This document shows, piece by piece, positions 26,887 through 32,000 of a DNA stretch of 32,000 nt (positions within the stretch are counted from its first letter, which is position 1; each line of letters begins with the position of its first letter). Made by a program: the position numbers and the translations under genes. The notes beneath the pieces were generated by a model, which worked only from the letters and a program-made list of their open reading frames with translations, was not told where the DNA came from and made no database searches. The stretch is from Gallionellales bacterium GWA2_54_124 (GTDB taxonomy: Bacteria > Pseudomonadota > Gammaproteobacteria > Burkholderiales > Gallionellaceae): positions 1,217,576 to 1,249,575 of the forward strand of contig MGWO01000007.1 of the NCBI GenBank assembly GCA_001801025.1, in the 5' to 3' direction.

Positions 26887-27191
26887 TGCCCGCAATTGGT
26901 GTTGTTATTGGCTGGCTTGTTGGTGCAATTGGCCTTACGCTTGCAAATTGGGTCGGTCGTGTTTTGGTTGCTCTCGGTATTTCTTACATCACGTTCAGCG
27001 GTGTTGATCTACTGTTTTCGAGCCTAAAAACTGAAATTTGGTCACTGCTCGGCGGTGCTGGTCAGCTTTCCGGTGTCATCGGTCTTTCCCGCATTGGCGA
27101 ATCGGTCAACATCGTTTTTTCCGCCTTGATCGCTAAAATGTCCCTTTCTGGCATGACTGGCGGTAAGCTCACTAAACAGGTCATCAAGTAA
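26886..27191 (+). CDS. gpVI-like minor coat protein (DUF2523-like)
   Basis: 101 aa and hydrophobic. TAATG overlaps on both sides. Located immediately upstream of zot, as in many inoviruses. Confidence 0.6.
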   Translation: MPAIGVVIGWLVGAIGLTLANWVGRVLVALGISYITFSGVDLLFSSLKTEIWSLLGGAGQLSGVIGLSRIGESVNIVFSALIAKMSLSGMTGGKLTKQVIK

Positions 27192-28180
27192 TGGCTATCG
27201 ACCTAACGCCGCTTACTGTTGTCACAGGTTTGCCCGGATCGGGCAAGACGCTTTTTACTCTTACTGGTGTTGATGAGTACTCCAAGCGTGAAGGCTTCAA
27301 GGTCTACTATCACGGCATTCCTCAATTGACGCTTGATTGGGAAATGCTCGAAGAGCCTAAGCAGTGGCACAACCTGCCGAACAAGTCGATTATTGTCATC
27401 GACGAATCACAAAGTACGTTCCCGCCCCGATCATCGTCGGCCGCCATGCCTGAACATGTCGCAGCTGCCAATACCCTGCGCCACAAGTCGCACATGCTGG
27501 TTTTGATTACGCAGCATCCGATGCTGATCGACGGGTCGATCCGCAAGCTTTGCACAAAGCATTATCACGTTGAGCGTTTTTACGGCTTTCAAAAATCAAC
27601 GATTCATGAGTTTTTGAAGATCCGCGACAACTGCGACAAATCCACTAAAGGCTCTATCTCTACGCATTTTGTTTATCCAAAAGAGGTTTTTAACTGGTAC
27701 AAAAGTGCGGATATGCACACGATCAAGAGGCGCATCCCCGCGCGTCTTATTATGATTATTATTCTGCCTTTGATCGCTGTTGCGCTGGTTTATTTATTCA
27801 TCAAAACTGTGGGAGGTTTGACTACTGGAGATAAGATTAAAGGGGGGGCTGCTTCACCCACCACCGGAGTTCAAGCGGTTTCAGGTGTCATTGCCGTTCC
27901 TGTTTGGACTGACACATTAAAGCCTCGGTTGTCCGGTTTTCCGCACACAGCCCCGCGTTATGATGAAGTGACTAAGCCGACTGTTGCGCCTTATCCCGCC
28001 GCGTGTGTTTCGTCTGAATCTCGTTGTGTCTGTCACACGCAACAGGGAACTAAAATGCTTGTCGATGATGCTCTTTGTCGGAGCATTGCCAGCAACGGAT
28101 TTTTTAATGATTTTCTTGAGAAAAAAACGGATTCATCGCCTGTTTCTCAAGTCCCTCGGCCTTCGTTATCGTCGCTATGA
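27191..28180 (+). CDS. Zot-like / gpI assembly ATPase
   Basis: Walker A VVTGLPGSGKT, Walker B IIVIDESQ, a mid-protein TM segment (LIMIIILPLIAVALVYLF) and a periplasmic C-terminal domain. Confidence 0.85.
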   Translation: MAIDLTPLTVVTGLPGSGKTLFTLTGVDEYSKREGFKVYYHGIPQLTLDWEMLEEPKQWHNLPNKSIIVIDESQSTFPPRSSSAAMPEHVAAANTLRHKSHMLVLITQHPMLIDGSIRKLCTKHYHVERFYGFQKSTIHEFLKIRDNCDKSTKGSISTHFVYPKEVFNWYKSADMHTIKRRIPARLIMIIILPLIAVALVYLFIKTVGGLTTGDKIKGGAASPTTGVQAVSGVIAVPVWTDTLKPRLSGFPHTAPRYDEVTKPTVAPYPAACVSSESRCVCHTQQGTKMLVDDALCRSIASNGFFNDFLEKKTDSSPVSQVPRPSLSSL

Positions 28181-28308
28181 TTAAAAAACTTTTCTGGATT
28201 CTGATGGTCGTTTTGATGTCTGGCTGCATGTCTACGCCTGAATCCCGCCATGCTGAAACTGCTGCATGGTGGTCTTGTACTAATCTCCATCGTGTTGGAG
28301 ATTGCTGA
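28177..28308 (+). CDS. Small lipoprotein overlapping zot stop (ATGA)
   Basis: 43 aa: MIKKLFWILMVVLMSGC|MSTPESRHAETAAWWSCTNLHRVGDC. Lipobox LMSGC. Homologous in position and Cys pattern to 20947-21066. Confidence 0.55.
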   Translation: MIKKLFWILMVVLMSGCMSTPESRHAETAAWWSCTNLHRVGDC

Positions 28309-28410
28309 ATATCGAGGCGAAGCGCACGCGGCTAACGAAGTGCCGCGAAGCTCGCCCGATATTTATTTTCTTCGATCGCAGCTGTATGCCGCGTATTTAC
28401 TGGGTTTTAT

Positions 28411-28442
28411 AAAAAGGGAAGGGGGCTTGCGCCCCCTTTTTT
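28411..28442. terminator. Conserved bidirectional terminator hairpin, copy C
   Basis: AAGGGGGC-ttgc-GCCCCCTT flanked by A- and T-runs. Confidence 0.75.
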
Positions 28443-28686
28443 AATGCATTTTCATCAGTATTCCGATTAAAACGGAGAATTGAGCTAGTGCTAGGCCGAT
28501 AATCCATTTAAGCATATCGAATTTCATATCGGTCAGCTGAATTTGTAGATCTTGTTTTGTTACGAGCTCTCTGTCGTCTGATGCGCTTTGATAGGCATTT
28601 GCAATTCCTTTTGCTCTCTCTTCGTCAAAACCGCTTTTTTTAAGTATTTCAACGAATTTCAGGGTGTCGAATGTCACTGTGCTCAT
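28441..28686 (-). CDS. DUF1640/CCDC90-like small membrane-anchored protein (cargo copy C)
   Basis: 81 aa: MSTVTFDTLKFVEILKKSGFDEERAKGIANAY...LVTKQDLQ...TM helix. The N-terminal 12 aa are identical to copy A and the rest has diverged. Confidence 0.6.
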   Translation of the reverse strand: MSTVTFDTLKFVEILKKSGFDEERAKGIANAYQSASDDRELVTKQDLQIQLTDMKFDMLKWIIGLALAQFSVLIGILMKMH

Positions 28687-28743
28687 GATGTTCCTTTCGG
28701 TTGATGGTTAAGACTAAATCATTTTCACTGCATTAGCAATTTA
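28687..28743. repeat. Cargo leader/promoter, copy C (truncated R)
   Basis: Matches 20113-20169 with 2 mismatches by eye. Homology ends right after the -35 TTGCTA, at the stop codon of the next ORF. Confidence 0.85.
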
Positions 28744-29145
28744 CGCGAATAACTGCCTGTTTTTTTTGGGTGTCCAGTCAGCCCATTTTAGAATATCTGC
28801 CACAATTACCAGCTCGAGCACGTCTTGAATGGGTGCAACTTGCTTGGCCGCTGGCATTTTGAAATTCTTTACCCATTTTTTCAGCCATTCGGCTGAATTT
28901 TCCTTAATCTCGGCCATGATTTGCAAGGCCACGCCAACAGCATCAACGAAGTCCAGCCACGTTTGACGGGCTTTAAATTCCGCGTTTTTCATGTATCTGC
29001 AATTGTTGATTTTCATGGTTTTGGTATTCCCAGCATCTTCCAGAATCTTGAGCCTGCTTTTGATTTCCTCGCGGTGCAGGTTTCTGCCGCTTGCTTCTTT
29101 GCTTCTCCCGTCATCCCGTCGCCTTGCGATATCAGCTCGTAGCAA
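28741..29145 (-). CDS. Orphan hypothetical protein occupying the position of the distal part of repeat R
   Basis: 134-aa ORF with a TTG start; internal ATGs would give 91 or 83 aa. No recognisable motif and no clear RBS. Confidence 0.35.
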   Translation of the reverse strand: MLRADIARRRDDGRSKEASGRNLHREEIKSRLKILEDAGNTKTMKINNCRYMKNAEFKARQTWLDFVDAVGVALQIMAEIKENSAEWLKKWVKNFKMPAAKQVAPIQDVLELVIVADILKWADWTPKKNRQLFA

Positions 29146-29459
29146 TTTTAATAATCAACGATTTTGGCAAGATCGCAGTTTTTGCGGCTGTATCGCAAAA
29201 AACGATTGCCGCAAAACCCGAAGGGCGCACAGTCTCACCGTGCGTTGTTGATTATTGAAATTGTCGGAGGGAAGATTCGCGTTTTAGGCGGCGGGGTGAT
29301 GGGAAAGCATTTGCGGAGTGCTGCACGGTCGAGTCAAAAAATAGAGCACCCGAAGGGTGACGACCTAACAGACAGTTTCACCCGTCTGTTAGCCTTTTAA
29401 TGCAGTTGGCATTGCGCCGTTGATTTTGATTTATTGCGTAGCGGTGGTATTCTGAAAAA

Positions 29460-29717
29460 ATGATATTCCATCAATACCCCAACTGGTCAGGCACGATTTT
29501 GAGTCATTACTGGTATCTGCGTTACTTCCGCTCGTTTCAGGAGGCTAGACGGCGCAAACAATACCGGCTGATCGCGAAGGAAAAAAAACGCCTGCATGAA
29601 ACAGGCGTTGATAGTGAGTTGGTGCGGTTGCTATGCCGTCATGCGGCAAATCCTCGGAATCAACATGCTGCAAAACGCTTTTGGGATGCTTTGCACAAGC
29701 CTGCGGAATCTTCTTAA
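29460..29717 (+). CDS. Conserved attP-adjacent 85-aa basic protein
   Basis: Compared with 21970-22226, many differences are synonymous or conservative (F, P, S, I, Y, R, L, K codons), which indicates purifying selection. Arg/Lys-rich. No family recognised. Confidence 0.6.
   Translation: MIFHQYPNWSGTILSHYWYLRYFRSFQEARRRKQYRLIAKEKKRLHETGVDSELVRLLCRHAANPRNQHAAKRFWDALHKPAESS
29587..29609 (-). terminator. Minus-strand intrinsic terminator embedded in the 85-aa ORF
   Basis: AACGCCTG / CAGGCGTT stem followed on the minus strand by T8 (29581-29588). Confidence 0.55.
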
Positions 29718-29728
29718 TTTACTAATCA

Positions 29729-29756
29729 ATTTGACATAATATACATTATGCGTATT
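29729..29756 (-). other. dif-like XerC/D recombination site, near consensus
   Basis: The reverse complement reads AATACGCATAA TGTATA TTATGTCAAAT, against E. coli dif GGTGCGCATAA TGTATA TTATGTTAAAT. The spacer is identical, the XerD arm matches 10/11, and the XerC arm shares CGCATAA. Confidence 0.8.
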
Positions 29757-30120
29757 TAAAACGCCTAAAAACGCCTCCCTGCGTTTTTACGAGGTCTTGC
29801 CCTGTCCATAAGGTAGCGATGCAAAGCAAGGCCATTATGAGGCCTCTCAGGGGCTGCTTTACACGCAAGCGAAAACCCGCCCAGAACTTTTGCTCTGTTT
29901 CGTTCTTCGCGCTCAATTCCTCAAACTCCGCTATCAACGCCAATGGATCCAACCCAAGACATTCCGCGATCTTCATCAGCGCATAGGCATTCGGTACACG
30001 TTTGCATTTCATGTATTCGCTGATTCTTTGTGTCGGAATCTTCAGTTCTTTTGCTAGTGCGTAATCGCTGGAAATCTTTAGCTTGATTTTGCAGTCTTTC
30101 AAAAGTTCGCTGGTTCTCAT
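29746..30120 (-). CDS. HTH phage repressor-like protein with hydrophobic C-terminal segment
   Basis: MRTSELLKDCKIKLKISSDYALAKELKIPTQRISEYMKCKRVP is an HTH. GGAGAG RBS before the ATG at 30120. The TAA stop is the first 3 nt of the XerC arm. The C-terminus contains LRGLIMALLCIATLW. Confidence 0.65.
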   Translation of the reverse strand: MRTSELLKDCKIKLKISSDYALAKELKIPTQRISEYMKCKRVPNAYALMKIAECLGLDPLALIAEFEELSAKNETEQKFWAGFRLRVKQPLRGLIMALLCIATLWTGQDLVKTQGGVFRRFKYA

Positions 30121-30255
30121 TTTTCTCTCCGGTAGTCCGACTGTTTCAGTTGGCAGCTGTATTTTATCCCGTTTTTGGGGATTGACAATCTCCCACTTAT
30201 CGGGATACATTCGGCTATCCCATATTTCGGGACAATTAACCGACAAAGGAACATC
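30121..30255. promoter_or_regulatory. Divergent control region with repeated heptamers
   Basis: TTGACA at 30182-30187 with TACATT 18 nt downstream. TATCCCG (30165-30171), CGGGATA (30201-30207), TATCCCA (30216-30222) and CGGGACA (30228-30234) occur in alternating orientation. Confidence 0.45.
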
Positions 30256-30546
30256 ATGACCATCCGCATCGAAGTCAAAAGCGCAAAAGTAGTCGAAGTT
30301 AACGGCACCTCAAAAGCCGGAAAACCCTTTCATATCGTCAAACAAGCCGCATGGGCTTACACCTACGATTCGTTCGGTGAACTCAATCCCTTCCCAGAAC
30401 GCATCGAAATGAGTATCGCAGACGGCGCACAACCCTATCCGGTCGGAAATTACACCCTCGACCCCCGCTCATTCTTCGTCGGCGATTTCAACAGCCTGTC
30501 AGTCGGTCGCCTCATTCTCGCGCCAGTGACAGTTCGTCCGGCTTAA
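30256..30546 (+). CDS. ssDNA-binding protein (gpV-like)
   Basis: 96 aa: MTIRIEVKSAKVVEVNG...PFPERIEM...YPVGNYTLDPRSFFVGDFNSLSVGRLILAP resembles helix-destabilising proteins of Pf/Xanthomonas-type inoviruses. AAAGGA RBS. Confidence 0.6.
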   Translation: MTIRIEVKSAKVVEVNGTSKAGKPFHIVKQAAWAYTYDSFGELNPFPERIEMSIADGAQPYPVGNYTLDPRSFFVGDFNSLSVGRLILAPVTVRPA

Positions 30547-30727
30547 TCATGTTCCTCCCAAAAATCTCCCCCGATTTTTCCTCGTCCTCACCGACGGGGT
30601 TTTTTGCTGCGTCCTCTGGTTCGAAAAAACCCGCCTTTGTCGGTGTCGAGGTCGCAGCAAAAAACCTGAGAATTGACCCTACAAAAAAGTTGGTCATTTC
30701 TTGTTCTGGGGTAACACGTAGCCAATC

Positions 30728-30790
30728 ATTCCCAATATGGGAATTTTATCTCTACTTTTACCCCCTGCCATTCAGTCTCAAATTGAGACT
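30728..30790. promoter_or_regulatory. Two palindromes upstream of rep (operator or origin candidates)
   Basis: ATTCCCA-ata-TGGGAAT at 30728-30744 and a perfect 17-bp palindrome AGTCTCAAATTGAGACT at 30774-30790. Confidence 0.4.
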
Positions 30791-30816
30791 TTTCTAAAAC
30801 CATATCGGGGGATATT

Positions 30817-31881
30817 TTGAACGATGCACACTATGACAATGACGGGTTGTTTGTTGACTGGCTCACCCTGTGGCAAGTCCATCCCGCACACGGCGCTATC
30901 AATTCAGGATGTGTTCGAACCCTTGACGGAAGTTCAAAGGTCGTTTTTGAGAGAACTCGCGCCGCGCGCATTCAGGGAAGTTATGCAAGTTCATGCTCTG
31001 TTAAGAGTGACGGTTCTTGTGTCGTTTTCTCGGGCAATTTCGGACGGTTTAACCGTTACGACAATCTTTTCAACTATGACCCTGCGAAAACCCTCGAACG
31101 CGCCAACGTGGTTGCAGAGTTCGCAGGATTCCCCCCCTTCCGCCTTCACGATCTCCGAGACAACACAGCTACCGCCCCAGATTTCAGCGCCTTGGTTGGA
31201 CCATCTCGCGCAGCTTTCAGGGAAGCCGAAGCACGAGCATCTTTTGTCAACTTATCCCGTGTTGACCTCACTAAAAACTATTCATGCGGAAGCCTTGGCG
31301 CTGCCCGTGCATTGATCAAGGCGATACAGGGAAAATCTGTTTCACGCGTAAAAAAGGGGATCGGTGGCGATGCTTCTGTCTGGTGGTCTAACACCCGTTA
31401 CATGCTCAAGGTCTACATCAAGGCTTTGGAAATGGAGGCGCATGGCATTACCAGCGGCAGGGCTTACGAATACGCCCGTGACAATGGGATTGTGCGGCTT
31501 GAACTGGAGTTAAAACGCCGTGAGCTTCACGATCTGGGCTGGAACGATTACGCATTATTTTTGAAAGGATGGGAAATGGGTACAGTTCATAAATTATTTT
31601 CTGACTACGCAAAAATCATGGAAACGGTAGCTATCTCAGATGATGCTGAATTCATCGACTCACTGCCTCAACGGCTTCGCGTCACTGCGGCTGCTTTCTT
31701 AGCTGGTCGTGATGTTAAAAGCATCATGTCCAATGGTGGTTTTTATCGTCACCGTAAAGCTCTCCTCGAATATGGCATCGACATCGCTGACGAGCGTCCA
31801 GCGCGCATCAACGTCCAGATTCAACAGGTCACTGTAACGCCCGTTACCGCTCCAGACTGGTATTGGGGGAATGCAGCGTAA
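30817..31881 (+). CDS. Replication initiation protein (gpII/X-like), different from the Rep at 22959
   Basis: 354 aa, TTG start with a GGGGGA RBS. VDWLTL, SGNFGRFNRYDNLFNY, LSRVDLTKN and YIKALEME recall gene-II/X family proteins. By eye the only similarity to the other Rep is the R[LV]DL motif. Confidence 0.55.
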   Translation: MNDAHYDNDGLFVDWLTLWQVHPAHGAINSGCVRTLDGSSKVVFERTRAARIQGSYASSCSVKSDGSCVVFSGNFGRFNRYDNLFNYDPAKTLERANVVAEFAGFPPFRLHDLRDNTATAPDFSALVGPSRAAFREAEARASFVNLSRVDLTKNYSCGSLGAARALIKAIQGKSVSRVKKGIGGDASVWWSNTRYMLKVYIKALEMEAHGITSGRAYEYARDNGIVRLELELKRRELHDLGWNDYALFLKGWEMGTVHKLFSDYAKIMETVAISDDAEFIDSLPQRLRVTAAAFLAGRDVKSIMSNGGFYRHRKALLEYGIDIADERPARINVQIQQVTVTPVTAPDWYWGNAA

Positions 31882-32000
31882 TGGCTTTTACTTGCGTCCC
31901 AGTTGTTGCTCAGTGGGGTACTGTCTCCTACATCAACACGAATCAAGCCGCATGCGCTGCTAATCAGTGGGCTGTGTTCACCTCTGCTGATTTGACTGCC
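31881..32000 (+). CDS. Start of structural module (homolog of 24977-25288), 3' end outside window
   Basis: 120 nt match 24977-25096 except for one synonymous GTC/GTT change. TAATG overlap with rep. Confidence 0.6.
   Translation, partial: MAFTCVPVVAQWGTVSYINTNQAACAANQWAVFTSADLTA

Larger units (their letters stand above)
22239..29756 (+). mobile_element. Apparently complete filamentous (inovirus-like) prophage, about 7.5 kb, bounded by dif-like sites
   Basis: Gene order is repressor(-), small ORF, Rep, ssDNA-binding candidate, small membrane ORFs, major coat, pIII-like, pVI-like, Zot, lipoprotein, cargo slot, 85-aa ORF. No integrase and no secretin. Confidence 0.85.
29729..32000 (+). mobile_element. 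Third filamentous prophage (left part; continues beyond window)
   Basis: Repressor(-), ssDNA-binding protein, Rep, then the structural module identical to the second copy. Confidence 0.75.

Noticed and set aside
28250-28444. 64-aa ORF overlapping the small lipoprotein and running into the terminator; its tail RSQLYAAYLLGF is mirrored near 21074-21108
   Set aside because: The conserved part is a 35-nt DNA block flanked by unrelated sequence, and in copy B no ATG-initiated ORF covers it. It is more likely a DNA/RNA-level element or a recombination boundary than a protein.
29164-29400. 78-aa plus-strand ORF
   Set aside because: No RBS, made largely of hairpin arms, and no counterpart in the other copies.
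30243-30260. Identity of the RBS context AAAGGAACATCATGA between the ssDNA-binding gene and the DUF1640 leader (28684-28698, minus strand)
   Set aside because: It is only about 15 nt and consists of a generic strong RBS plus a start codon, so it is probably coincidence.
30549-30797. 82-aa ORF between the ssDNA-binding gene and rep
   Set aside because: Low-complexity Ser/Phe-rich sequence, no RBS, and it contains the two palindromes. It is treated as a noncoding control or origin region.

Overview
The window comes from a proteobacterial chromosome. It may be beta-proteobacterial, but that is only a guess from how the proteins look. Positions 1-19.7 kb hold ordinary chromosomal genes: a partial MlaF-like ABC ATPase, pgi, a glycogen cluster (glgB, then divergently glgC, a GH57 enzyme and malQ), HU, a YeeE/TusA-like (tsuAB-type) pair and typA/bipA. 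A Cu/Ag efflux operon follows: a small Cys/His/Met-rich secreted protein, cusC, cusB with a fused CusF-like domain, and cusA. Positions 19.7-32 kb hold a head-to-tail array of filamentous (inovirus-like) prophages. No integrase or transposase ORF is visible. The copies are separated by 28-bp dif-like XerC/D sites: a hybrid site at 22239-22266 and a near-consensus site at 29729-29756. The array consists of a decayed copy with zot in pieces, one apparently complete copy of about 7.5 kb, and the start of a third copy. The third copy has an unrelated-looking replication module but a near-identical structural module. The most interesting signal is a cargo slot between the zot/lipoprotein genes and attP. 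A conserved minus-strand promoter/leader and a conserved bidirectional terminator bracket different cargo in each copy: two divergent DUF1640-like membrane proteins, a DUF4258/zinc-ribbon toxin-antitoxin pair, and an orphan 134-aa ORF. Other points of interest are a 165-bp hairpin-rich noncoding repeat, a conserved 85-aa basic protein next to attP (frameshifted in one copy), and a repressor ORF that reads straight through the attachment site. All functional calls rest on reading the translated ORFs and motifs by eye. No database search was run.
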